64,000 nucleotides of DNA from an uncultured Candidatus Binatia bacterium (GCA_964291295.2 OZ219754.1:2240001-2304000); one strand, 5' to 3'. Positions 23,718-33,334 are shown, counted from the stretch's first letter. The notes: generated by a model from the letters alone, not told the origin. Translations and numbers: made by a program.

Positions 23718-23955
23718 GCCGACCTTCCTGTTGCCGGAGCGCTACGACCCGCTCGTTGGCCAGGACGGCGGCATAGCAAAGCGCTGCACGCACCGCTTCG
23801 CGAGAAACCGAAGGATAACTCCTTGCGATGCTGTCGGCGTCCAGACCGTCCGCCAGATTGTCCAGCACGGTTGTCACCAGAACGCGAGTACCCGAGATGC
23901 ACGCCTTGCCGTGGCAGATTTCAGGGTCCACGGTGATGTGGTCTCGCCAGTTCAT
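23554..23955 (-). CDS. DUF433 antitoxin (C-terminally extended into the toxin gene)
   Basis: ITVDPEICHGKACISGTRV.V..VLDNLA.G...I..SYP motif. Confidence 0.85.
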   Translation of the reverse strand: MNWRDHITVDPEICHGKACISGTRVLVTTVLDNLADGLDADSIARSYPSVSREAVRAALCYAAVLANERVVALRQQEGRHAVQAGRESSRQSGGSLPSSRVRRGDGIRPGSQGSAGLNPCIGLQARRPGLRDA

Positions 23956-24240
23956 GGTTTTCCCTCCTCTTTCCGCACGCATGCCCCGGACCTCATCCCG
24001 CCCTGAGGTCTGGGGACTCCCTTGCAGGCCTTCCAGGTCGCGCTCTCATCCCGCTCTCATCCAATCGAATGGTTCTGAAATTGCATTGTCAGTTCAACTT
24101 TACCACCTGGAGTCGGGATTGGGCAGGGACCCGGGCTGATTCCGCCGATTTCGACACGCATGCCGTTGACATCTCCTCGGGCGGGCCGATGGGGTGCCGC
24201 TCGCCGCTTTGGCTCATCACATGATATGCAGAGAAACCAT

Positions 24241-24287
24241 GTGAAGTTTGGAGATCGCGTGAAGTTTGGAGATCGCGTGAAGTTTGG
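24241..24287. repeat. About 2.6 x 18-bp tandem repeat GTGAAGTTTGGAGATCGC
   Basis: Read directly; ends 66 bp upstream of the first ThDP enzyme start. Confidence 0.85.
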
Positions 24288-24353
24288 TGCGTGGTCCTTT
24301 CAACACCACGGAGTACCACCCGGTCACGGAAAGGCATTTCAGAAAGGCACTTC

Positions 24354-26120
24354 ATGTCGAAGATACGGAAATCGGAACAGCGGTGGCAGTCGGACATCGT
24401 GGTCGATCTCATGAAGCTGTACGAAATCCCCTACGTCGCCCTCAATCCGGGGGCCAGCTACCGGGGGCTCCACGACTCCATGGTGAACTACGGCGAGAAC
24501 GAGCCGGAGATGCTGCTCTGCAACCACGAGAAGATCGCCGTGCAGATCGCCCACGGCTATGCGAAGGCTTCGGGGAAGCCCATGGCCGCCATCGTGCATG
24601 ACGTGGTGGGACTGCTGCACGCGCCCATGGGCATCTACTACGCCTACATCGACCGATGCCCGGTGTTCGTCATCGGCGCCACCGGCCCCATGGACGAAAA
24701 GTACCGGCGTCCCTTCATCGACTGGATCCACACGGCCTTCGCCCAGGGCGACGCGGTGCGGAACTTCACGAAGTGGGACTATCAGCCCGGCGGCATTCAC
24801 GGTGTGCCCGACTCCTTCGCCCGGGCCTACTCGATCATGATGACCGAGCCCCGGGGTCCCGTCTACATGTGCTACGACTCGGTGCTGCAGGAAAGCCCGC
24901 TCACCGAGGAAGTGCCGATTCCGCCGGCGTCCGCGGTCAAGGTGCCGTCGCGCATCGCGCCCGAGCCGGCGGCGGTGGCCGAGGCCGCGGAGTTGCTGGT
25001 GCGGGCCGACAACCCCTTGCTGCTCACCGAGTACGCCGCGCGCATGCCCGAGGGCTTCGAGCCCACGGTGGCGCTGGCGGAAACGGTGGGGGCGTCGGTG
25101 TTCGACGTCTGCAAGCGGCTGGGCTTCCCCAACCGCCATCCCCTGAACATGAGCTTCAACCCGGACGCTTTCGCCGGCGTGGACTTGGTGATGGCGCTGG
25201 ACGTGGTGGACTGGACCCGGGGCTCCCACCGGCTCAACACCCGGACCCGCGAGATCACGGTGGTGACGGCGCCGGACTGCAAGTGGGTCGACGCCGGCTT
25301 CGCCGACATCGAGATCAGCAAGTGGGCCACCGACTACAACAAGCACAACAACTGGGATCTGCGGGTGATGGGGGACACCTCCATCACCATCCCCGAGCTC
25401 ACCCGGGCGTGCCGCTCTCTCATCGAGGCCGATCCGGCGCTGCGGGAACGGGTGGAGGAACGCCGGCAGTGCCTGGCCGACAAGCACGAGCGTCAGTGGC
25501 GGCAGTGGCAGCAGCAGGTGGAGTCGGAGCGGGACCAGCGGCCCATGACCGAATCCCGGCTGGCCTGCGAGGTGTGGCAGGCCATCAAGGACGAAGACTG
25601 GGTGCTGACCGCCGGGACCCTGAAGGACTGGGTGCAGAAGATCTGGGACTTCGACCGGCCCTACCGCCATCCGGGCCGGGAGCTGGGGACCGGAACCCAG
25701 ATCGGCATGTCCATCGGTGTGGCCCTGGCTCACAAGGGACAGGGGCGGCTGGTGGTGGATCTCCAGCCCGACGGCGACCTGATGTTCGACCTGGGGGCGC
25801 TGTGGATGCCGGTCAAGTACGACATTCCCATGCTGGTGATCATGTACAACAACCGCGCCTACTACAACGACTGGGCACACCAGATACACATGGCCCATCA
25901 GCGCGGCACCGACCCGGCCCGGGCGTACATCGGCATGGACCTGGAGGCGCCGCCGCCGGACTTCGCGCACATCGCCCGAGGCATGGGCTGGTACGCCGAA
26001 GGCCCCATCGAGGACCCCGCGGAGGTGGCGCCGGCGGTGCGCCGGGCCATCGCGCAGGTCAAGGCCGGCAAGCCGGCGCTGGTGGATCCCATCGTCTGGC
26101 GCCGTGACATCGACACCTGA
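24354..26120 (+). CDS. Thiamine-diphosphate-dependent enzyme (benzoylformate decarboxylase/ALS superfamily), paralog 1
   Basis: NPGASYRGLHDS, HE.IA...AHGYA, P.GPVY and PDGD...YNN ThDP motif. Confidence 0.88.
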   Translation: MSKIRKSEQRWQSDIVVDLMKLYEIPYVALNPGASYRGLHDSMVNYGENEPEMLLCNHEKIAVQIAHGYAKASGKPMAAIVHDVVGLLHAPMGIYYAYIDRCPVFVIGATGPMDEKYRRPFIDWIHTAFAQGDAVRNFTKWDYQPGGIHGVPDSFARAYSIMMTEPRGPVYMCYDSVLQESPLTEEVPIPPASAVKVPSRIAPEPAAVAEAAELLVRADNPLLLTEYAARMPEGFEPTVALAETVGASVFDVCKRLGFPNRHPLNMSFNPDAFAGVDLVMALDVVDWTRGSHRLNTRTREITVVTAPDCKWVDAGFADIEISKWATDYNKHNNWDLRVMGDTSITIPELTRACRSLIEADPALRERVEERRQCLADKHERQWRQWQQQVESERDQRPMTESRLACEVWQAIKDEDWVLTAGTLKDWVQKIWDFDRPYRHPGRELGTGTQIGMSIGVALAHKGQGRLVVDLQPDGDLMFDLGALWMPVKYDIPMLVIMYNNRAYYNDWAHQIHMAHQRGTDPARAYIGMDLEAPPPDFAHIARGMGWYAEGPIEDPAEVAPAVRRAIAQVKAGKPALVDPIVWRRDIDT

Positions 26121-26211
26121 GCGGCGGGGTCTCGCCCGTTCCGTATCCACCGACCCTCGTTCCCGGCAAGGCGGGAACGAGGGTTCTCCCGAACGAACGA
26201 AGGAAGCCGAT

Positions 26212-27996
26212 ATGAGCAAAGCCGAGAGGATCGAGGCGTCCGCCATCAAGAAGTCGGACCGCAGGTGGCAGTCGGACGTCGTCGTGGACATGGTCAAGCG
26301 CTACGGGTTCGAGTACATCGCGCTCAATCCCGGCGCCAGCTATCGGGGACTCCATGACTCCCTGGTGAACTACGGCGAGAACGATCCGCCCATGATGCTC
26401 TGCAACCACGAGAAGATCGCGGTGCAGATCGCCCACGGCTACGCCCGGGCCAGCGGCAAGCCGATGATCGCCATCGTCCACGACCTGGTGGGGCTGCTGC
26501 ACGCGCCCATGGGCATCTACTACGCCTATCTCGACCGGGCGCCCATCTTCATCATCGGCGCCACCGGCCCCATGGAAGAGCCCAAGCGGCGCCCGTTCAT
26601 CGACTGGATCCATTCAGCCAGCGTCCAGGGCGAGGCCGTCCGCCACTATGTGAAGTGGGATTCCCAGCCCACCACCATCGACGCCGTCCCCGGCGCCTTC
26701 GCCCGCGCCTACGCCGTCATGATGAGCGGCAAGCAGGGCCCCATCTACATGTGCTACGACGCCGGCCTTCAGGAGGCGGTGCTGGACCACGACGTGGCGA
26801 TGCCGCCGGAGGACAATGTGCGCGTACCCGCGCCGGCCATGGCGGACCCGGCGGCGCTGGAGAAGGCCGCGGACACGCTGGCCGCGGCCAGGCGCCCGGT
26901 CATCGTGGCGGACTTTGCCGCCCGCCCGCCCCACGGCTGGGACCACGTGGTGGAACTGGCGGAGACCCTGGGGGCGGCGGTGTGGGACTGTGATTCGCGC
27001 CTCAATTTTCCGAGCGCGCATCCGCTGAATCTCAGCATGGACAGCGAAGGCTGCTACAAGGACGCGGACGTGGTGCTGACGCTGGACATCGCGGATTTCG
27101 AGAAGCCCACCCACGTGCGCGACATCGCCACCCGCACGGTGGTCGGCATGGTGCCGGACGACGCCACCTGGATCGACATCGGCTACACCGACACCGAGAT
27201 CAGCAAGTGGGCGATGACCTACGCCCGGCCGTTCCATGCGCACCAGCGCATGACCGCGGACCCGGTGACGGCGGCGCCGGCGTTGACGAAGCTCCTGAAG
27301 GAGCGCATCGCCCGGATACCCGGCCGAGCCGGGGAGATCGCCAGGCGGACCGAGGAGGTGGGCCGACGCCACGCCGAGGTCCGGGCCGAGTGGCGGCGGC
27401 AGGCGCGGGAGGATCGCTGGGACGCCGTGCCCATGACCGTGCCGCGCCTGGCGCTGGAGGTGTGGGAAGCCATCAAGGACGAGGACTGGGTGTTGACCTC
27501 CGGCACGCTGCACGACTGGGCGCGCCGGCTGTGGAACTTCGACCGGCCCTACCGCCACGGCGGGCGCGAGCTGGGTACCGGCACGCAGATCGGCCTCGCC
27601 CTGGGCGTGGCCTTGGCCCACAAGGGGAGCGGCAGGCTGGTGGTGGATCTCCAGCCCGACGGCGACCTCATGTTCGATGCCGGCAGCCTCTGGATAGCCG
27701 CCAAGTACGAGATCCCCATGCTCATCGTGATGTACAACAACCGCGCCTACTACAACGACTGGAACCACCAGATCGTCATGGCACGGAACCGCGGCACCGA
27801 TCCGTCGCGCGCGCACATCGGCATGGATCTGTGCGGACCCGATCCCGACTTCGCGACCTTGGCCCGCTCCATGGGCTGGTACGGCGAAGGTCCCATCGAG
27901 GACGCCGACGCTCTGCGGCCGGCGCTGGATCGGGCCATTGAGCAGGTCCGGCGCGGGAAGCCGGCGCTGGTGGACACCGTGACCCAGCGGCGCTGA
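26212..27996 (+). CDS. Thiamine-diphosphate-dependent enzyme, paralog 2
   Basis: Same motifs as paralog 1, with long near-identical blocks. Confidence 0.88.
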   Translation: MSKAERIEASAIKKSDRRWQSDVVVDMVKRYGFEYIALNPGASYRGLHDSLVNYGENDPPMMLCNHEKIAVQIAHGYARASGKPMIAIVHDLVGLLHAPMGIYYAYLDRAPIFIIGATGPMEEPKRRPFIDWIHSASVQGEAVRHYVKWDSQPTTIDAVPGAFARAYAVMMSGKQGPIYMCYDAGLQEAVLDHDVAMPPEDNVRVPAPAMADPAALEKAADTLAAARRPVIVADFAARPPHGWDHVVELAETLGAAVWDCDSRLNFPSAHPLNLSMDSEGCYKDADVVLTLDIADFEKPTHVRDIATRTVVGMVPDDATWIDIGYTDTEISKWAMTYARPFHAHQRMTADPVTAAPALTKLLKERIARIPGRAGEIARRTEEVGRRHAEVRAEWRRQAREDRWDAVPMTVPRLALEVWEAIKDEDWVLTSGTLHDWARRLWNFDRPYRHGGRELGTGTQIGLALGVALAHKGSGRLVVDLQPDGDLMFDAGSLWIAAKYEIPMLIVMYNNRAYYNDWNHQIVMARNRGTDPSRAHIGMDLCGPDPDFATLARSMGWYGEGPIEDADALRPALDRAIEQVRRGKPALVDTVTQRR

Positions 27997-28108
27997 ACCG
28001 GAGCGCCATGCGGTCTGCCGGGGAACGGCGCACCACCGGTTTCCGCGGCTGCGGTATCTCTGCCTTTTCCCTGCCGCATCCCTGCGTTGCCGGGCGGTTC
28101 TGACGGCA

Positions 28109-28489
28109 ATGCCGTACGAGTACGATGACATAAGGGGCTGCGAGCGGCTCATCGTCCGGGTGGCCCTGGGCCTCGACCCGGCCACGGCCGCGGACGTGGA
28201 GCGCTACGGCGCCGCGTCCGTCCTGTGGAGCCTCTACCACCGCCTTCGGGAAGACCAGCGGGAGGTCTTCCTGGTCGGCTTGGGAAACGCGCTGGAGAAG
28301 AACGCGAGCCGCAAGGCCCTGTCGCGGCTGGCGCTGTTCGCGTCCAATCCGATGCTGGGCTTGGACCACAGCGTCGACATCCTCGGAGACTGGTTCATCA
28401 AGAACAGGAAGGCGGACCCGGGCCTGTACGAGGCCCTCGACGTCTGCTGGCGCCGCCGTTTCAACCGCGGATTCGACGACGAGGCCTGA
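28109..28489 (+). CDS. Hypothetical protein (126 aa)
   Basis: Fills the gap between genes with strong GC3 codon bias; no recognised motif. Confidence 0.6.
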   Translation: MPYEYDDIRGCERLIVRVALGLDPATAADVERYGAASVLWSLYHRLREDQREVFLVGLGNALEKNASRKALSRLALFASNPMLGLDHSVDILGDWFIKNRKADPGLYEALDVCWRRRFNRGFDDEA

Positions 28490-28496
28490 CCGGGGG

Positions 28497-29318
28497 CTAC
28501 GCTTCGAAGAAGGCCAGGGTGCGCACCTCGATGCTCTCCCGCGGCGGCGCATCCGCCGGGGTGCCGGGAGGGTCGAAGGCGGAATGGGCGGAAAAGCGCG
28601 CCCTCCCGTCTTTCTTCGAGTCGTAGCACTTGAAGACGATGGCCTCGTCCGGCTGCATTTCCGGGAAGTAGTGGAAGCGGTGGTCGGGATTGTAGGTCAG
28701 GTGGTAGGTCTCGCCGAGCCGGTGGGGATGCGGCCGCACGGTCGGAATGAGATCCTCGGCGGCGATGCTCCGGGCGTCGCACATGGCCAGCGGCGCGCGC
28801 AGCACCGGCTCACGCATGCCGCGCCAGACCTGCACCACCGCGAAGCGGCGTTGGAGCAGTTCCGCCGCCTCGTCCGGCAGCAGATCCCGCACCCGCTCCG
28901 GACCGGACCACTCGGTGTAGTCGTTGTGGACGCTCCGCACCGGCCCCTTGGCTCCCCTTTCCGCATGGCCGGACCGCAGCGTATGGTCGAAGACCAGCAC
29001 CCGGTGCGCCCCGGTGTGCTCCTTGATCAGCGCTTCCACTTCGGGATAGTACACCGCCCGCACCTCGTCCTCGTCGAAGAAGTCGGTCATCTTCGTGGAC
29101 TGCGGCTTCAGGGCGAAACCGTTGCGTTCGATGGAGAGTTCGGGGTGGCGGCGCCCGTTTCGGACCCGCACCTGGTGCGTCTCGTACTTCCGCTCCTTGT
29201 GCGGATAGCCGAGGCTGGGTCTGTCGAAGGTGGTGACGGGCCTGGGGCCGGTGTGGGTCATGTAGTTGAAGCTGGCCTCGACGGTGTCATCAAGGGTTTC
29301 CGCTGCGGCTGTGGCCAT
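28497..29318 (-). CDS. CmcJ/NvfI-family oxidoreductase/methyltransferase-like protein
   Basis: YYPEVE.LIK..TGA.RV..FDH..R, VHNDYT, PLA.CDA, HSAF..P and RESIEVR motifs. Confidence 0.8.
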   Translation of the reverse strand: MATAAAETLDDTVEASFNYMTHTGPRPVTTFDRPSLGYPHKERKYETHQVRVRNGRRHPELSIERNGFALKPQSTKMTDFFDEDEVRAVYYPEVEALIKEHTGAHRVLVFDHTLRSGHAERGAKGPVRSVHNDYTEWSGPERVRDLLPDEAAELLQRRFAVVQVWRGMREPVLRAPLAMCDARSIAAEDLIPTVRPHPHRLGETYHLTYNPDHRFHYFPEMQPDEAIVFKCYDSKKDGRARFSAHSAFDPPGTPADAPPRESIEVRTLAFFEA

Positions 29319-29452
29319 TGGCGTCTCCTTCGGGACCGCGGCGTGTTCTCTTCCGTGCGGTTCCTGGTTCCCGGCGTGCCGGGTCATGGCAACGTTCCGG
29401 CGGATCGGGCGATACCGCGCTGCCGCCGGGACGGAAAATATCCGGTGACGGT

Positions 29453-29480
29453 GGTACAAGTCAGCCGGCGGTACAAGTCA
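29453..29480. promoter_or_regulatory. Direct repeat GGTACAAGTCA x2 (17-bp period), candidate operator for the CmcJ-like gene
   Basis: Identical 11-mers at 29453-29463 and 29470-29480. Confidence 0.4.
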
Positions 29481-29493
29481 AGAGTCGATTTCC

Positions 29494-29511
29494 CGGCCGC
29501 GACCGCGGCCG
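29494..29511 (-). promoter_or_regulatory. Putative bacterial SECIS hairpin CGGCCGC-GGUC-GCGGCCG
   Basis: Perfect 7-bp stem with a G-starting loop, 16 nt after the in-frame UGA at 29523-29521. Confidence 0.7.
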
Positions 29512-29736
29512 CTACACCGTTCAGCTTCCGCCGAAGCCGATGGTGATCCGGCCGTTCTCCACGATGACCGGGATCTCGCGCCGTCCGCCGTTGAGAGCCA
29601 TCATGCGACGGAGGCCGTCCTCGTCATCCAGCACGTTGATATAATCGAAGGGCACGTTGCGGTCCGAGTAGTCCCGACGGGCACTCGACGTGTAGTCACA
29701 GTGATCGTGGCCGAAGATCGATACCTTGTCCGGCAT
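29512..29736 (-). CDS. Uxx-star family glutaredoxin-like selenoprotein (C-terminal GGS-U-T-V-stop)
   Basis: Grx-like MPDKVSIFG..CDYT..AR..Y...IPVIVENGRITIGFGGS, then TGA ACG GTG TAG followed by a hairpin. Confidence 0.82.
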
Positions 29737-29904
29737 GGCGCATCCTTTCCGGCGGCGTTTGGGGATTGTCTTTACCCGTATCGCCAAACGCGGCTTTTGG
29801 CAATCGCCCGGGACGGGCGGCGGCGGTTCGCCCCGGGCGGGGCGGAGCCGGCGGACCGCGGGCGGCGAAAAACCCGCTCCGGGGAGCATGTTCCAAAGGA
29901 AGAT

Positions 29905-30160
29905 TGACGGCCTGTCCAACCCACTGTAGTAGCCGAGGCGCACCAGGGTCCGCTTCACGAACTCGCAGGTGTCGGCTCGCTCGGTCGGGTGAAAATCCAA
30001 AGGCATGCTCGCCTCGACGAAGGCCGCGACCTGCTCGATAGTCCCCATGCGTTCCGTTCGAAGTGCCACGATCATTTCCTGATGATCCCCGACTCCTCTG
30101 CTTCAGGCTCACTTTGCATTGGATCCGCTTCACGTTTTCGGGCTGACTTTGCATTGGACA
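29905..30160 (-). mobile_element. Truncated IS remnant: transposase N-terminus plus end region with 22-bp subterminal direct repeats
   Basis: MIVALRTERMGTIEQVAAFVEAS...EFVKRTLVRLGY resembles transposase N-termini (from recollection). Repeats TTCaGGCTcACTTTGCATTGGA at 30102-30123 and 30137-30158. Confidence 0.55.
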
Positions 30161-30289
30161 AGATCAGTGCTTGCACGGTCAGCCGCTCTGTAGTAGTGAC
30201 TGCCCGAGATGAAATAGAAGGACGCCTTGACGAACGAAGCTTGACGTTTGCTGAGTGCCTGCGGATGTTGCAGGAGGGCAGTTCCGTGG

Positions 30290-30349
30290 CATCGTACCAA
30301 GGCCCATCGTACCAAGGCCCATCCTACCAAGGCCCATCGTGCCAAGGCT
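30290..30349. repeat. 4 x 15-bp tandem repeat CATCGTACCAAGGCC
   Basis: Read directly; ends 25 bp before the lipoprotein start codon. Confidence 0.9.
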
Positions 30350-30374
30350 TTTGAAGGCGGCAAAGGAGATCGTA

Positions 30375-32217
30375 ATGGAAAGGACGAGGACATTGATGTA
30401 CAGGATGATGTACGGGAATGTGGCGACGGTCTTGTGCGCGGTGGTGCTGGCCATGGGTCTTGCGGCATGCGGCGGCAGCAGCAACAACCGGACCCCGGAC
30501 ACTCCTACCCCCCCCCCCCCCCCCCCCGCTGACGGAAGTTGAGACGATCCTGAAGGAGGCTCGGACGGCGGCCATGACGGCATCCGGCAAGGCCATGACG
30601 GCGTCAGACAACGCCGGGACGTCGGCCGATGAGGCGGAAACGGCGACCATGGGTCTGGTGTTCCACCCTGTTCCCAAGAGGGAGATGACGGCGAAGAGCT
30701 ACGCGGAGGAGGCCCGGACCGCGGCCAACATGGCGAAGGCCGAGTACGACAAGGCCAAGATGGAGTCGGACAAGGCCGCGGCCACGAGCGACGTGCGTGC
30801 GGCCGCCAAGGCCAAAGTCGCAGCCGAGGCGGCTCAGGCGAAGGCCGAGGCTCAGGCGGCGACAGCCGCCGAAAAGGCGAAGATGGCGAAGGAAGCTGCG
30901 GCCAGGGAGGTCCGGCATGTCGAGGGAATGACCTACGAGTACGGCGGCACGCGCATCACCGCCGATGCCCCCAAGGTCACCGTCAAGACCGGGGGCAAGA
31001 CGGTGGAGAGCGGCAAGGCCGGGGACATCTCAGACGATTCAACTCGTTATTCAAAGGCCCCCGTCGCCTACGTGGCGGCAACGGATACCAAGCCGGAGGT
31101 GGCTGCCCGGACGGGATTCTATGGTCGCCTAATCAAGATCGGTTCCTACACCGACTCGGAGCAGGTCGGTTCCAGCATCGACTCGGAGGAGCTGGGTTCC
31201 ACCACCGAATCGGAGCAGTTCCGTCTCTGGCTGGTGGACAAATATATCACCAACACCAAGGCGGTGAAGGCCTACCGCAAGGACAGCGGTACTAACGGCG
31301 CCGAGTTCACGGCCCCGGTCACGGCAGAAAATCCGTTCGGCTCGCGCACCGTTGACAGCAAGACCTACAAGATCATGCGGGCGGAGGGGGAGTTCTATCG
31401 TGTCGACACCGAGGAGCATACGAAATTCGACAAGACGAATGCCAATGACTGGATCAATGTGACGCACACGGACGCGAACGCGGGCGTGGGGGTCTACTAC
31501 TACACGGATAGCAGCGGGAAAAAGGTCTATCTTCTGAGCACCGGAGCCGAGGGTGCCACGGGACTCAAGTACCGTCCGTTGCTCGTCTACGATGTGCCGG
31601 ATTTCCCGGAGGCGAAGCCCTACGAGCACATGAACTTCGGCATGTGGACCAAGAAGTCAAATCGGACCCACCTTGGCATCGCATTCGTCCAGGCGCTGCC
31701 GGGCAAGGGGCCGACCCCGACCGCCAACATGCCAAGCTTCGGCACCGCCACCTACGAGGGCCATGCATATTATCAAATCCGCGCCAAGAACAACGCTCGA
31801 ACCGTCGGCGGTTTTGCTGGAAACGCAACTACAACGGTGGATTTCGAGGAAAGCACCATCAAGACGGAAATGCACATAGTGTCTATCTATCCGAATAGGG
31901 CCAAACTTGTCCACGGACATCTCATCCCTTTCGCCACACTCCACGGCACCATCGACGGGAACCGGTTCTCGGGCAGTAAAGTGACCAATGTCAACACCGT
32001 GAACGCCGTTCCCGGCGGATTCGCAAATACCGTCGAACAACTTCGTGGCATTTTGAATTTGACCCCGAGCGAAGACGGCAGCCTGTATGAGGTGAGGGAG
32101 TACAGCGGCCATTTCTTCGGACCGAACGGCGAAGAGGTGGGCGGCGTGTTCGATGTCACGTCCAAGGACAAGAAGAGCGGCGAGTTTCGCGGCTCCTTCG
32201 GTGGCCGCAGGGAGTAA
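30375..32217 (+). CDS. TbpB-like (transferrin-binding protein B beta-barrel) surface lipoprotein, frameshifted at a C20 tract (phase-OFF or assembly error)
   Basis: AAGGAG RBS and signal peptide with lipobox GLAAC-GGSS in one frame. The Ala/Lys-rich stalk and C-terminal G.FFGPNGEEVGGVF...GSFGG barrel are in the +1 frame after the poly-C. Confidence 0.75.
30508..30527 (+). repeat. Homopolymer C20
   Basis: Counted directly. Confidence 0.9.
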
Positions 32218-32551
32218 CAGGCCGCCGTCATCGGCAGTGGTTCACCGAGCGGGCGGCTTTGAGAGAAGCTGCGGCATCGGGCAGGGAGCGAAACCTGGCG
32301 TAGGGCGTGCAGACGTTGCCAAGGCGATGGACGCGCCGGATGGGGCCGGGTGGGAAACATCACGTTTTCCGGCTCACGTTGCCTTGGGCAACACTGGGGG
32401 TTTCATGCGAGGGAGCCTGCGACAGGATGCGGAATGCCGTTTGGGGGGTGCGGCGGTTTTGCAGTGCTTTCCCGGCGGTTCTCGTCCAGCCGCCATGGCG
32501 GTGGTTGTCGCCACTTCGGAGCATCGTTCGTAATATCGGTCAGGGCAGCGA

Positions 32552-33334
32552 ATGGTTGAACAACTCAAGGAGCTCGGCACCATCACCCTCAGTCTCACGC
32601 TCTTCACGGCGCTGTGGGAACTCTCGGTGTGGCTCTTCTCGGTGTCCGAGTTTCTGTTGCCGGCGCCGTCGCAGGTGCTCGTCACCCTGGTTCTCAAGAT
32701 CGGTCCACTTCTCGAACACTGCCTCGTGACCTTTCGGGAAACCGTCTACGGATTTCTGATGGGGCTGGTGCTGGGGGTGATTTCCGCGGTCATGATCGTC
32801 TACTCCCGGCTGCTCCAGAACCTTCTCTATCCGCTGATCCTGGTCGCCCAGATTGTCCCCAAGGTGGCCATTGCGCCGCTCCTGCTGGTGTGGGTGGGGT
32901 ATGGCGAGATCTCCAAGGTGCTCATCGCGTTCCTGGTTTCCTGGTTTCCCATCATCGTCACCACGGTCCAGGGCATGCGCATGGTGCAGCCCGAGATGCT
33001 GGATCTGGTCAAGTCGCTGCAGGCCACGGACTGGCAGATCTTCACCAAGGTGCGCCTGCCCAACGCGCTGCCGCACTTCTTCGGCGGCCTCAAGATCGCC
33101 ATCACGCTGGCGGTCATCGGCGCCATCATCGGCGAGTTCGTGGGTGGCAACACGGGCCTCGGCTACCTGGTCATGGTCGCCAACTACGAAGTCAACACGC
33201 CGCTCATGTTCGCGGCCCTCATCGTGCTGTCGGTGCTGGGCCTGGTACTCTACGGTGTGCTGGTGTTGCTGGAGTTGTGGCTGATCCCGTGGAGCATCGG
33301 CGAAGAGGATCAGCCGGCAAGTTTCGGCATGTAG
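32552..33334 (+). CDS. NitT/TauT ABC transporter permease
   Basis: LLPAPS, PKVAIAPL, LPNALP..F.GLK and EF.GG..GLGY motifs. Confidence 0.9.
   Translation: MVEQLKELGTITLSLTLFTALWELSVWLFSVSEFLLPAPSQVLVTLVLKIGPLLEHCLVTFRETVYGFLMGLVLGVISAVMIVYSRLLQNLLYPLILVAQIVPKVAIAPLLLVWVGYGEISKVLIAFLVSWFPIIVTTVQGMRMVQPEMLDLVKSLQATDWQIFTKVRLPNALPHFFGGLKIAITLAVIGAIIGEFVGGNTGLGYLVMVANYEVNTPLMFAALIVLSVLGLVLYGVLVLLELWLIPWSIGEEDQPASFGM

Noticed and set aside
29521-30075. 184-aa ORF as a single gene
   Set aside because: Chance in-frame join of a transposase N-terminal remnant, intergenic DNA and the selenoprotein, which has its own start at 29736.
24241-30349. 18-bp and 15-bp repeats as mini-CRISPR arrays
   Set aside because: The units are directly adjacent with no unique spacers and are too short.
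32220-32550. Riboswitch (e.g. TPP) upstream of the THI5-like ABC operon
   Set aside because: I could not find the conserved core motifs by eye; an Rfam/Infernal search would be needed.
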